Shown piece by piece: positions 1 to 9,079 of a DNA stretch of 64,000 bases. The stretch covers positions 672,001 through 736,000 of the forward strand of contig CAVXJS010000021.1 of assembly GCA_963762145.1 (NCBI GenBank), read 5' to 3'. Made by a program: the position numbers and the translations under genes. Source of the DNA: an uncultured Candidatus Rokubacteria bacterium. GTDB taxonomy: Bacteria > Methylomirabilota > Methylomirabilia > Rokubacteriales > CSP1-6. The stretch's first letter is position 1. Every line of letters begins with the position of its first letter. The notes under the pieces are model-generated. The model saw nothing but the letters and a program-made list of their open reading frames with translations, ran no database searches and was not told where the DNA came from.

Positions 1-1200
1 GATGGAGCCCGCCGGGCCATTGATGAGGCGTGTCTCCGCCTCGAGGCCCGCCTGCACCCACTGCCCGAATTCGCCCCCGTCGGCGACCAAGATCGCGCCC
101 CGATCGAGGTGGGGCTGGAGCGCCGCGCAGACCCGGAGCGGGTGGATCGGCGTCCGCGCCGACCGGCGCGCCTCGGCCCACGGCGCCGGCACCGTCGCCC
201 GCGCGCGCATCACCTCGTCGCCCCACGCGCGGTGATCCCAGGCCCGCCCGCGCGCGGCCGTCGCGAGCTGGTCGGCCACCGCCGCCGGATCGGCCACGAT
301 GCCGAGCGCGGCGCCTGCGCGCAGCGAGGCCGCGTCGGCATCCACCTGGATCACGCGGCAGCCCGCCGCGACCGCGGGCGGCTGCGCGAAGCGCACCACG
401 AAGTCGGGCTTCTTGCCCAGCAGCACGAGCAGGTCGGCCTGCCCGAGCAGCGGCGCGGCCAGGTGTAGCCACGGGTCGTTGAAGCCGCGCGGGCTCTCCA
501 TGGGCAGCGCGGGCACGCCGGTGGCCAGGCTGAGCCGCCCGACCGCCTCGCGCCGCGGCCCGCGCGCCATCGCGCCGCCCAGCAGGATGACGGGCCGCCG
601 AGCGGCCGCGAGCAGCGCCAGCGCCTGCTCCACCTCCGCGGCGGTGGCCGCCCCCGGCGCGTCGCGGCGCGCCGTCCGCGCGACGTCGCCCGCGGCCACC
701 TTGGCCTCGAGCAGGTCGCCGGGCAGGCTCACGTGCACGGGCCCGGGGCGCCCGCTCCGCGCCAGCTCGAGCGCGGTCGCGATGTCCTCGCCCAGTCGCG
801 CCGCGTCCTTGGCCATCCACGAGGCCTTGCAGACCGGCGCGGCCACCGCGGCCTGGTCCATCTCCTGGAAGGCGCCGCGCCCGAGCTGCGCGGTGGGCGC
901 GTGCCCGCTCAGCAGCACCACCGGCGACTCGGCCATCAGCGCGCCGTAGAGCGCCGAGATCGCGTTGCAGTGGCCGGGCCCCGCGGTGACGAGGGCCACG
1001 CCCGGCTGCTCGGTGAGCCGTCCCCACGCGTCCGCCATGTGCACCGCCGCCGCCTCGTGCCGCGTGTGCAGGATCGAGAGGCCGCTGCCGAGGCTCGCGT
1101 CGTAGAGCGAGAGGATCTGGTTGCCCGAGAGCGAGAAGAGGTGCCGGACGCCGGCGGCGGCCAGCGCCTCCACGACCAGGTGCGCGCCGGTCCGGGTCAC
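1..1200 (-). CDS. Thiamine pyrophosphate-binding protein (acetolactate synthase-like), C-terminus runs off window start
   Basis: Hand translation from GTG 1200: [30 protein letters not shown]...[30 protein letters not shown]...GAFQE, a typical TPP enzyme N-domain. Absent from the ORF track because there is no stop in the window. Confidence 0.9.
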   Translation of the reverse strand, partial: MTRTGAHLVVEALAAAGVRHLFSLSGNQILSLYDASLGSGLSILHTRHEAAAVHMADAWGRLTEQPGVALVTAGPGHCNAISALYGALMAESPVVLLSGHAPTAQLGRGAFQEMDQAAVAAPVCKASWMAKDAARLGEDIATALELARSGRPGPVHVSLPGDLLEAKVAAGDVARTARRDAPGAATAAEVEQALALLAAARRPVILLGGAMARGPRREAVGRLSLATGVPALPMESPRGFNDPWLHLAAPLLGQADLLVLLGKKPDFVVRFAQPPAVAAGCRVIQVDADAASLRAGAALGIVADPAAVADQLATAARGRAWDHRAWGDEVMRARATVPAPWAEARRSARTPIHPLRVCAALQPHLDRGAILVADGGEFGQWVQAGLEAETRLINGPAGSI

Positions 1201-1207
1201 GCCGGCC

Positions 1208-2269
1208 TCACTGCACCCGGCCGCGCGCGGCCACCGGCCATACCACCTCGACCTGCCCCTTCCGCACCCCGTAGATCTCGTCCACCATGTTGGTGACCAC
1301 GCAGCAGTGGTTGGGGACCACGTTGACCACCTCGCCCACCTTCGGCCGCTCCGCGCAGCCGGCGAAGTCCACCACCGCGTGCTCCTCGGAGAGGTGGGCC
1401 ACCTGCGCCTCCGGGTACTCCATGACGTGGCCGTAGCCCTTCATGTGGTAGAGATCCGAGGTGAGCACCTTGCTCCCCGCGTCGAGGACGCCGCGGTCGG
1501 CGGTCGGCCGGCTCACCACGGTCGCGCGCACGTGCATCGCGCACTGCTCCCACGTGGCGGTGCCGGTCGACACCACCATCGCGTCGTTGTAGACGCAGGT
1601 GCCCGCGCGATGCTCGGTGAGCATCGGGAAGCGGTCGACCGTGGCGAGGGCCGGCGTGCCTCCGCCCGAGACCACCGGCACCGCGATGCCCGCCTGCTTG
1701 AACAGGGCGAGCGCCCGCTCGAAGAACTCGCGGGTATCGGGATCGCGATTGGGGAAGGTCATCAGTCCCTTGAACTGCAGGCCCGGGAGCGCCATCGCGG
1801 TGCGGGCCAGCGCGAAGGCCTCGTCCGGCGACTGCACGCCGGTGCGCTTGAAGCCGGTGTCGCACTCGACGAGGAACTCGAGGTCCACGTGGTCGCGCGC
1901 GGCGGCCGCGGAGAGCTCGCGGGCCACCACCTCGTTGTCGAACACCACCGCGAGCCGCCGCACCCGCCGCGCGAGGGCGGTCAGCCGCTCGGTCTTGGCC
2001 GCGCCGAGGATGTTGTACGTCAGCAGCACGTCGTCGGCCACCTTGGCGTCGGCGAAGACCTCCACCTCGCCCAGCTTCTGGCAGGTGATGCCGACCGCGC
2101 CCGCCGCCATCTGCATCTGGCCGATGGCCGGGATCTTGTGCGTCTTGATGTGCGGTCGGTTGCCGAGCCCGTGCCGGGCCAGGTGCGCCTGCACGCGGCG
2201 GATGTTGTCCGCCATCACGTCCAGGTGGATCGTCACGGCGGGCGTCTCGAGCGCGGTGATCGCGGTCAT
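1208..2269 (-). CDS. D-threonine aldolase / DSD1 family PLP-dependent enzyme
   Basis: ETPA..., RPHIKTHK (PLP lysine), HRAGTCVYND, LDAGSK, LSEEH, PNHCC. Start overlaps the upstream stop (ATGA). Confidence 0.9.
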   Translation of the reverse strand: MTAITALETPAVTIHLDVMADNIRRVQAHLARHGLGNRPHIKTHKIPAIGQMQMAAGAVGITCQKLGEVEVFADAKVADDVLLTYNILGAAKTERLTALARRVRRLAVVFDNEVVARELSAAAARDHVDLEFLVECDTGFKRTGVQSPDEAFALARTAMALPGLQFKGLMTFPNRDPDTREFFERALALFKQAGIAVPVVSGGGTPALATVDRFPMLTEHRAGTCVYNDAMVVSTGTATWEQCAMHVRATVVSRPTADRGVLDAGSKVLTSDLYHMKGYGHVMEYPEAQVAHLSEEHAVVDFAGCAERPKVGEVVNVVPNHCCVVTNMVDEIYGVRKGQVEVVWPVAARGRVQ

Positions 2270-3081
2270 GGGTCTCTCCTCAGTTTGCGCTTCCATAGCT
2301 CCCACGGGCGGGCGACGGTGCCCGCGACGGACGCCTCGGCCCGCGTCGCTTCCTCCGGGCTCAGATACGTGACCCCGCCGCCCAGACCCAGCGCCTGGGC
2401 CTGCAGGCGCGCGTTGACCTCGGTGTAGACGCTCCGGAACACCACGAGGGGTAGGCCGCTCGCCACCGTGACCGCGCCGTGGCCGCGCATCAGGACCACC
2501 GCGCGCGGGCCCAGGGTCTGGGCGAGCGTGCGCCCGAGGGCCGGCGTGCGCACCAGCATGTCGGTGTCGCTCCCCGCGGCGGCGCGGATGTCCCAGACCG
2601 GCGCGCCGTCGGCGAGAAACGCGCTCATGTGGAAGAGCGGCCGCAGCGCGACGCCGGTGACCCCGAACGGGATCACCGAGGGGGAGTGGCTGTGCACGAC
2701 CGCCTGCACGTCGGGCCGCGCCTGGTAGATCTCGCCGTGGATGAAGCGCTCCAGGTAGCTCGTGCGCCCGCGCGGATCGACCGGCTCGCTGTCGAGGCCA
2801 TACTCCATGATGTCGGCCGCGGTCACCAGCTCGGGCGCCAGCGAGCGCGACATGAGGAAGCGCGCGGGATCGCGATCGTGCCGCGCGCTCACGTGCCCGT
2901 AGCCGTCGAGGACGCCCTGGTCCGCCAGGATGCGGTTGGCCGCGACGAGATCCTCGAGGAGCTGCGCGGCCGGCGGGCCCGCCGACGCGGTCTGGGCCTC
3001 GAGTGGGGGCGTCCGGTGGAGCGCGGCCACGAGCGCGGCGGCGCTTCCGGCCAGGACGTGTCGTCGGCTCAGGCGGAGCAT
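2266..3081 (-). CDS. Class II aldolase/adducin family protein with Tat-like signal peptide
   Basis: GHVSAR, ERFIHGEIY.ARPDVQAVVHSHS, LMRGHG metal-binding motifs. N-terminus SRRHVL followed by a hydrophobic stretch. Confidence 0.88.
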   Translation of the reverse strand: MLRLSRRHVLAGSAAALVAALHRTPPLEAQTASAGPPAAQLLEDLVAANRILADQGVLDGYGHVSARHDRDPARFLMSRSLAPELVTAADIMEYGLDSEPVDPRGRTSYLERFIHGEIYQARPDVQAVVHSHSPSVIPFGVTGVALRPLFHMSAFLADGAPVWDIRAAAGSDTDMLVRTPALGRTLAQTLGPRAVVLMRGHGAVTVASGLPLVVFRSVYTEVNARLQAQALGLGGGVTYLSPEEATRAEASVAGTVARPWELWKRKLRRDP

Positions 3082-3087
3082 GCTTGG

Positions 3088-3447
3088 CTAGGGCGCCGAG
3101 ACGGTCTGCGCGCCGCTGCTCGAGGTCACGGTGAACGACGCGTCGCCCTGGCGCGCGTAGGCGTACGCGGACCAGCCGGGCGGCGGCGCCGGGATCGAGC
3201 CGAGCATGGGGCCGCACGGAGCGCCGGCCACCACGGTCTGGGTGGTCAGCGCCTCGAGCGACTCGGGCAGCGTCCCGCCGCAGCTCGCGCGATAGGTGTT
3301 GACCGCGGTCGCGAGGGCCTGCGCGTCGGTGCGGGCCTTGGTGGCGCGCGCCATCGGCAGGTCCTCGCGCACCATCTTCTCCTCCCGCTCGCACGCGCAG
3401 AGCAGCAGCGCCAGTCCCGCCACGCCCATCACTCTGCGGATGTCCAC
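3088..3447 (-). CDS. Lipoprotein with pilin/GspG-like globular domain
   Basis: GTG 3447 after AGGA. Signal MDIRRVMGVAGLALLLCAC (lipobox), then ARATKARTDAQALATAVNTY...G.LPESLEAL. Confidence 0.65.
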   Translation of the reverse strand: MDIRRVMGVAGLALLLCACEREEKMVREDLPMARATKARTDAQALATAVNTYRASCGGTLPESLEALTTQTVVAGAPCGPMLGSIPAPPPGWSAYAYARQGDASFTVTSSSGAQTVSAP

Positions 3448-3556
3448 GCCCGTCCTTTCCCGGTGAGAAAATCCGACGCGCCAGGTGAATTGTGACAGAA
3501 TCATACGCCGCCCGACCGTATTCAGCCAAGCCACCCTCACCGACAAGGAGAGCGCG

Positions 3557-3904
3557 ATGAGCGTCAAGCGTCACGGCGTGGGACCCCGACTGAGTCAGGC
3601 CGTCGTCCACGGCAACACCGTCTACCTGGCCGGCCTCGTGGCCGGCGATCCGTCGGCCGACGCCAAGGGCCAGACCGAGCAGATCTTGAAGAAGATCGAC
3701 GACCTCCTGGCCGCGACCGGCAGCCACAAGTCCAAGCTGCTGTCCGCCACGATCTACGTCGCCAGCATGGCCCTCTACAACGACATGAACGCGGCGTGGG
3801 ACGCCTGGGTGGACCCGGCCAATACCCCGGCCCGCGCCACCGTGGAGGCGCGGCTGGCCTCGCCGAAGTACGTGGTCGAGATCATGGTCACGGCCGCGAT
3901 CTGA
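3557..3904 (+). CDS. RidA/YjgF family protein
   Basis: SD AAGGAG. SQAVVHGNTVYLAG, MNAAWDAW, PARATVEARLA, VEIMVTAA. Confidence 0.93.
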   Translation: MSVKRHGVGPRLSQAVVHGNTVYLAGLVAGDPSADAKGQTEQILKKIDDLLAATGSHKSKLLSATIYVASMALYNDMNAAWDAWVDPANTPARATVEARLASPKYVVEIMVTAAI

Positions 3905-3912
3905 GGGATCCG

Positions 3913-4704
3913 GTGGCCGCGCCCCGCTTCGGCCAGCCACGCTTCGAGGGCAAGACCGCGCTGATCACCGGGGCGGCCGGCGGCATCGGCCGCGCCGCCG
4001 CGGTGCGCTTCGCCGCCGAGGGCGCGCGGATCGGGCTGGTGGACGTCTCGCGCGAGGGCCTGCGCGAGTCCCTCGCCGCCGTCGAGAAGGCGGGCGGCAC
4101 CGGGCTCACCGTCGAGGCCGACGTGACCCGGGCCGCCGACGTCGCACGTTACGCGGCGGCGGTCGCCGAGCGCTTCGGCGGCATCGACTACTTCTTCAAC
4201 AACGCGGGCATCCTGGGCGCGGTGCGCCCGCTGGTGGAGTATCCGGAGGACGTCTTCGACCGGGTGCTCGCGATCAACGTCAAGGGTGTCTGGCTCGGCA
4301 TCAAGACGGTGGCGCCGCTGCTCCGCGCGCGGGGCGGCGGCGTCATCGTCAACACCGCGTCCATCGCGGGCCTGCGAGGCTCGCGCAACCTGGTGGCCTA
4401 CACCGCCAGCAAGCACGCGGTGGTCGGCATCACCAAGAGCGCCGCCCTCGAGCTGGCCGCCGACCGCATCCGGGTCAACGCGGTCTGCCCGGCCCCGATC
4501 GAGACCGACATGGTGCGGCAGCTCGAGGAAAGCGCCAATCCCGCGAATCCGGCCGCCTTCCACGATCGCATGGCCGGCGTGATCCCGATGAGGCGCTACG
4601 GCACGCCGGACGAGGTGGCGGCGCTGGTGACCTTCCTGTGCAGCGCCGATGCCGCCTACATCACCGGCGCGATCTATCCCGTCGACGGCGGGTCGATGGC
4701 GTAG
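3913..4704 (+). CDS. SDR family oxidoreductase
   Basis: TGAAGGIG, NNAG, YTASKHA, VNAVCPAPIET, VDGG. Confidence 0.93.
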   Translation: MAAPRFGQPRFEGKTALITGAAGGIGRAAAVRFAAEGARIGLVDVSREGLRESLAAVEKAGGTGLTVEADVTRAADVARYAAAVAERFGGIDYFFNNAGILGAVRPLVEYPEDVFDRVLAINVKGVWLGIKTVAPLLRARGGGVIVNTASIAGLRGSRNLVAYTASKHAVVGITKSAALELAADRIRVNAVCPAPIETDMVRQLEESANPANPAAFHDRMAGVIPMRRYGTPDEVAALVTFLCSADAAYITGAIYPVDGGSMA

Positions 4705-4718
4705 CCGCTCACCGTGGA

Positions 4719-4753
4719 CCCCTCACCCTGCCCTCTCCCCAGGGGGGAGAGGG
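4719..4753. repeat. Palindromic intergenic repeat family A (CCCCTCACCCTGCCCTCTCCCC...GGGGAGAGGG)
   Basis: Lies between convergent genes. The same motif occurs at six other loci. Confidence 0.85.
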
Positions 4754-4760
4754 AGAGAGG

Positions 4761-5891
4761 TCAGGAGCCGAGGAGGCTGACGCCGGGTTTTTCCGAGACT
4801 CGCGAGCGAGTAGCCGGGGCCGCGGCGGTGTCGAGCTTCTGCAGCTGCGGCATCACTTCCCTGGCGAAGAGGCGCAGGTTGCGCTCCGCCTCGTCGTACG
4901 GCATCCCCGCGTAGCCGAACACGCCCACGTAGTGGCTGTTGCCGGTGCGCGCGTGGATGTCCAGGATCTTCTCGTAGCACTGCTCGGGCGTGCCCCACAC
5001 CTGCAGGTTCATGAAGTAGTCGATGACGGTGTCGGTGCCGTACTGGTGGATCTTCTCCGCCATCTTGCCGTAGTACTCGTAGCCCTTGGTCTGGGCCAGG
5101 TGGTCGCCCTGGAACTGGTAGTGATCGAGCACGGTCTGGTAGTAGCCGCCAATGTACCGCCGCGCCATCTCCTCGGCGCGGGCCCCGCTCGGATCGCAGA
5201 ACGTCCAGCCCGCCGAGATCGGCGGGGGCGCGTCCACACCGTTCACCTGGCGATAGACCTCGCGATAGGCTTCGAGCTCGCGCGCGACTTCCTTCCACGG
5301 CTTCTGGGGAATGATCAGGATGCCGACGCCCAGCTCGGCCATGATGCGCACCGATTCCGGGGAGACCGCCGCCGCGTAGGTGCGGCCCCGGAAGGACTTG
5401 AAGGGAGCGGGCCGGATCGCGGCCCGCGGCTGCTTGACGAAGGCCCCGTCGTACTCGCAGTAGCCCTGCTCGAGCCCGCGCAGCAGCATCTCCGCGCACT
5501 CCACGAAGCGCGGGCGAGATTCGTCCATGGAGAGGCGGAAGCCGTCGAACTCGACCTTGCCCGCCCCGCGCCCCATGCCCAGGATCAGGCGGCCGCCCGA
5601 GAGGTTGTCGAGCATGGACACTTCCTCGGCCACCCGCATCGGGTCGTGCCACGGCAGCACGACGACCATGGAGCCGAGCTGGACGGTGCGGGTGCGGCCG
5701 GCCATGTAGGAGAGGAACTGCAGGACGTCGGGGCACATCGTGTAGTCCGTGAAGTGATGCTCCACGCCCCACACCGATTCGAACCCGAGCGGCTCGGCCA
5801 GCTCGGCCAGGCGCAGCTCGTTCAGATACACGTCGCGATCCGTCCGCGACTGGCCTGGATTCTGGAAGACGGCGGCCATCCCGACATGCAT
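4761..5891 (-). CDS. LLM class flavin-dependent oxidoreductase
   Basis: AEPLGFESVWGVEHHF, PMRVAEE..LDNLSGGRLILGMGRG, LRLFAREVMP. Confidence 0.92.
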   Translation of the reverse strand: MHVGMAAVFQNPGQSRTDRDVYLNELRLAELAEPLGFESVWGVEHHFTDYTMCPDVLQFLSYMAGRTRTVQLGSMVVVLPWHDPMRVAEEVSMLDNLSGGRLILGMGRGAGKVEFDGFRLSMDESRPRFVECAEMLLRGLEQGYCEYDGAFVKQPRAAIRPAPFKSFRGRTYAAAVSPESVRIMAELGVGILIIPQKPWKEVARELEAYREVYRQVNGVDAPPPISAGWTFCDPSGARAEEMARRYIGGYYQTVLDHYQFQGDHLAQTKGYEYYGKMAEKIHQYGTDTVIDYFMNLQVWGTPEQCYEKILDIHARTGNSHYVGVFGYAGMPYDEAERNLRLFAREVMPQLQKLDTAAAPATRSRVSEKPGVSLLGS

Positions 5892-5947
5892 GGTGGGTTC
5901 CCCCTCGGCCGGATGTTACGCGAGGGGGAACCCGGCCAGCAAGCGGG

Positions 5948-6298
5948 TCAGGCGACGCGCCGGAGCTGTCGCTGCGGAGCGGGCGCGGCCTCGCCGCGGC
6001 GCACGACCAGCTCGTAGCCGCGCGGCGTGCGCGCCATCAGCACCGGCCAGACCTCCTCCAGCAGCCACTCCCAGCCGCTGGGCACGGCCACCACCACCTG
6101 CCCGGCGTGCCACAGCCCGCGCGGCGTCACCTGCACCGATACGAACGATTCGCCGCCGAGCTTCCGGTCCACCAGGGACTGGACGTAGGCGCGGACCGAC
6201 AGGGCACGGGACTCGCTGCGATCCCGGGCCACGCGCCAGGCAAGCGGTCCGACCACCAGCACCAACGCAATCAACGAAGCCACCGCGATCTCGATCAT
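5948..6298 (-). CDS. Hypothetical protein with N-terminal membrane anchor
   Basis: SD AAGGAG before ATG 6298. MIEIAVASLIALVLVVGPLAW hydrophobic helix and protein-like composition. Confidence 0.65.
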   Translation of the reverse strand: MIEIAVASLIALVLVVGPLAWRVARDRSESRALSVRAYVQSLVDRKLGGESFVSVQVTPRGLWHAGQVVVAVPSGWEWLLEEVWPVLMARTPRGYELVVRRGEAAPAPQRQLRRVA

Positions 6299-6427
6299 GG
6301 CGTTCTCCTTCCGCGCATTGAGATACCCAGGACCACCCGAGGGATTCGGGCGATTCCCGACATGGAAACGTAAGAATCCATTACCGACCTCCTGCCATCG
6401 AAATGGCGTGTGGGAAGGAGAAAGGAA

Positions 6428-6868
6428 ATGATGGCAAAGCGCATTCTTGTTCCGTTGGACGGTAGTGAATCCGCGGAGGTAGCGGCGGCCTTGGCCGCCG
6501 ACCTGGCCCGCAACAGCGGCGGCGGCGTCCGGTTGCTGCAGGTGTACCCGGTCCCCGAGCACCGCGTGAGCAGCACCGGGCGCGTCGTGGCCTACGCGGA
6601 CCAGGAGATGGAGCGCCTGAACGCCGAGGGCCGCGACTATCTCGAGAGCGTCGAGGCGCAGCTCGCCCCGGTGTCCACCGAGACCGTGGTGCGGTTCGGG
6701 AAGCCCGAGCAGGAGATCCTCGTGGAGGCCGAAGCCTTCGACGCGGACATGATCGTGGTGACCGCGGCCCGTCGAGGCTGGCTCGATCGCCTCACCGGCG
6801 GAAGCGGGCTCGGCGAGAAGCTCCTGCACACCTCGCCGGTCCCGGTCGTTCTCGTCCGCGAAGCCTGA
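6428..6868 (+). CDS. Universal stress protein (UspA family)
   Basis: KRILVPLDGS, G.PEQEIL..AE..DADMIVV, GSGLGEKLLHTSPVPVVLVR. Confidence 0.92.
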   Translation: MMAKRILVPLDGSESAEVAAALAADLARNSGGGVRLLQVYPVPEHRVSSTGRVVAYADQEMERLNAEGRDYLESVEAQLAPVSTETVVRFGKPEQEILVEAEAFDADMIVVTAARRGWLDRLTGGSGLGEKLLHTSPVPVVLVREA

Positions 6869-6889
6869 TCGGAGCTCGCGCGGGCGGCG

Positions 6890-7444
6890 TCAGTCGTAGA
6901 GCCGCCCGCGCTGCAGCTTCCGGTGGCAGTGGAAGAGGGTGTACTCGATCACCCGCGCGGAGACGCCGAGGGCGCGCGCATGGCCCCTCAGCCGCTCCAG
7001 GTAGTGCTCCCACTGCGACACCGTGAACGCCCGCCCGCGCTCGTTCCCCGCCACCGACCGGATGCGGAACAGGATCTGCCAGCAGCGGATGTCGAGCACC
7101 CCGTAGCGGCGCGGATCGATCAGGGTCAGGATCGCGGAGGCGGTCGCCACGCTGACGCCGGGCAGCGCGATCAGCCGGGTCATGCGCTCCCGCTCGCTGC
7201 GCGCGGCGAGCACCGCGCGCGACACGCGTCGGATCGTCGCCGGGGAGCTGCGCTCGTAGTGCCGCCGCGAGCGCGGGCTCTTCCAGCGGCACATCGCGAG
7301 GAACTCGGTGCGGGTGAAGCCGCCCGTCGCTTTCACGTGGGCCAGCCGCCGGATCAGGAGCGCGGTCCCCGCGTGCTCCTCCGCGATCAGCTCCCGCCGC
7401 AGCAGGGCGCGCAGGCTCCGGTACGGCACCGGCTTCAGCGGCAT
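6890..7444 (-). CDS. HhH-type DNA glycosylase-like protein (OGG-fold-like)
   Basis: RWKSPR, helix-hairpin-helix LIALPGVSVATASAIL, downstream Asp in YGVLD.R. Confidence 0.6.
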   Translation of the reverse strand: MPLKPVPYRSLRALLRRELIAEEHAGTALLIRRLAHVKATGGFTRTEFLAMCRWKSPRSRRHYERSSPATIRRVSRAVLAARSERERMTRLIALPGVSVATASAILTLIDPRRYGVLDIRCWQILFRIRSVAGNERGRAFTVSQWEHYLERLRGHARALGVSARVIEYTLFHCHRKLQRGRLYD

Positions 7445-7452
7445 GTTATGTT
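7444..7452 (+). promoter_or_regulatory. Extended -10 box (TGnTATGTT) 7 nt before ATG, probable leaderless promoter
   Basis: TATGTT at 7447-7452, ATG at 7460, no SD. Confidence 0.55.
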
Positions 7453-7459
7453 ACCCGCC

Positions 7460-8494
7460 ATGACCGAGCCCTTCGTGACGATCCCGGAGATCCACCGTGC
7501 CGCCAAGGCCAGCCTGCCGCGCAACTCGTACAACTTCGGCGCGGGCGGGACCGAGACCGAGACCACGCTGCGCCGCAACCGGCGCGCCATCCGGCGCCTC
7601 GCGGTCCGCCAGGACATCCTGGTCGACGTGCGCCACGTCGATCTGACCACCTCGCTGATCGGCATTCCGCTCTCCTGGCCGGTGGTGATCGCCCCGATGG
7701 GCGGGCTCGTCCTCTTCCACCCGGAGGGCGACCGCGAGATGGCGCGCGGGGCCGCCAAGGGCGACACGCTGCAGTTCCTGAGCGGCGCCACCGGCTGGTC
7801 GGTGGAGGCGGTGGCGGAAGCCGCGCCCGGCCCCAAGATGTTCCAGCTCTACCACATGGGCGACCGGGCCTGGGTGGCCGACCTGCTCGCGCGCGTGGAG
7901 GCCTCCGGCTACCTCTCGGTGTGCCTCACGGTGGACGTGCAGGTCTACAGCCGGCGCGAGCGCGACATCCTCGCGCGCTTCAGCCCGCGCGAGGCCATGC
8001 TGAAGGCGCCGAACCCGCGCCCGCCCGATCCGGAGTACCCGGCGCGCCTCACCTGGGCCGACGTGGACTGGCTGCGCAAGACCACCAAGCTCCCGATCGG
8101 CCTCAAGGGCATCATGACCGCGCGCGACGGCCGCCGCGCGGTCGAGGCCGGCGTGGAGCTGATCTGGGTCTCCAATCACGGCGGCCGGCAGCTCGACGCG
8201 ACCCAGGCCAGCATCGACGCGCTGCCCGCGGTGCGGGAGGCGGTCGGCGACGCGGCCAGCATCATCGTGGACGGCGGCTTCGCCCGCGGCACCGACGTGC
8301 TCAAGGGCGTGGCGTGGGGCGCCGACGCGGTGGCGATCGGGCGTACCGCGCTCTGGGGCCTGGCCGCCGACGGCGCGGCCGGGGTGGCGTGCACGCTCGA
8401 CATCCTGCGGCGAGAGCTGCGGACGTCCATGGCCCTCGCGGGCCAGACCAGCATCCGCGGACTCACCCCGGACGTGGTCTTCCGCGTGGACTGA
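7460..8494 (+). CDS. FMN-dependent alpha-hydroxy acid oxidase/dehydrogenase
   Basis: IAPMG, FQLY, LTVD, RRERD, LKG, SNHGGRQLD, DGG..RGTD. Confidence 0.93.
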   Translation: MTEPFVTIPEIHRAAKASLPRNSYNFGAGGTETETTLRRNRRAIRRLAVRQDILVDVRHVDLTTSLIGIPLSWPVVIAPMGGLVLFHPEGDREMARGAAKGDTLQFLSGATGWSVEAVAEAAPGPKMFQLYHMGDRAWVADLLARVEASGYLSVCLTVDVQVYSRRERDILARFSPREAMLKAPNPRPPDPEYPARLTWADVDWLRKTTKLPIGLKGIMTARDGRRAVEAGVELIWVSNHGGRQLDATQASIDALPAVREAVGDAASIIVDGGFARGTDVLKGVAWGADAVAIGRTALWGLAADGAAGVACTLDILRRELRTSMALAGQTSIRGLTPDVVFRVD

Positions 8495-8502
8495 GCCGCG
8501 GC

Positions 8503-8676
8503 CTAGAGGAAGCCCGGCGCCTGGAACTCGCAGAAGCCACCCATCAGGTCATCGCGGTGCCACCAGCCTCCGCGCATCACGCAGATCCCCCCGAGCTCCT
8601 CCTCGGTGTAGGTCCGCTCGATCGCCGCACCGCAGCCGGCGAGCGCCAGCACGAGGAGAAGCCCGAGGCCGCGCAT
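8503..8676 (-). CDS. Small lipoprotein, 57 aa (not in ORF track)
   Basis: MRGLGLLLVLALAGCGAAIERTYTEEELGGICVMRGGWWHRDDLMGGFCEFQAPGFL. Lipobox LAGC. ATG directly follows the NIPSNAP stop. Confidence 0.7.
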   Translation of the reverse strand: MRGLGLLLVLALAGCGAAIERTYTEEELGGICVMRGGWWHRDDLMGGFCEFQAPGFL

Positions 8677-9003
8677 CTACTGCATCGGCGAGTAGGCGGT
8701 CGGCCGCAGGATGTGGGCGGTGAGCCGGCGCAGCAGCGGACCGTTCTTCTCGGTCTCGGCGAACTTGGCGAGCCGATCCTTGTCCGCGAAGAACCCGCTC
8801 CACTTCTTCTCGCGGTCGGCCAGGCTGTCGTAGGCGAGCATGTAGATGAGCTGGTCCGAGGAGCCGCCCAGCTCGTTGGTCCAGAAGCCGACCACCTGGA
8901 TGTTGTGCTTCTTGAAGAAGTCCATGGTGATCTCGGCGAAGCGACGGTTCAGGTCGGGGAGCCGGCCGGGCATCGCGTGATACGTCCGCAGCTCGTACAG
9001 CAT
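8677..9003 (-). CDS. NIPSNAP family protein
   Basis: SD AGGAGG. LYELRTYH..PG, GFW, LIYMLAYDSLADREKKW..F, L.PTAYSP. Confidence 0.92.
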   Translation of the reverse strand: MLYELRTYHAMPGRLPDLNRRFAEITMDFFKKHNIQVVGFWTNELGGSSDQLIYMLAYDSLADREKKWSGFFADKDRLAKFAETEKNGPLLRRLTAHILRPTAYSPMQ

Positions 9004-9046
9004 GAGAGGGGCCTCCTGGGCAGCACGGTGGGTGGTGTCTGCCGCG

Positions 9047-9075
9047 ACTCTAGGCACGCCTCCGGCTCGTGTCAA
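9047..9075 (-). promoter_or_regulatory. Sigma70-type promoter of the NIPSNAP-lipoprotein pair
   Basis: TTGACA-N17-TAGAGT on the minus strand. Confidence 0.6.
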
Positions 9076-9079
9076 GCGC

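Noticed and set aside
1208-3940. 910-aa ORF and other long N-terminal extensions (9834-11687, 11033-12916, 6923-8494, 43657-45270) read as fusions
   Set aside because: The extensions are R/G/P/A-rich shadow frames over real genes. Stops are rare at this GC, and the true starts lie downstream.
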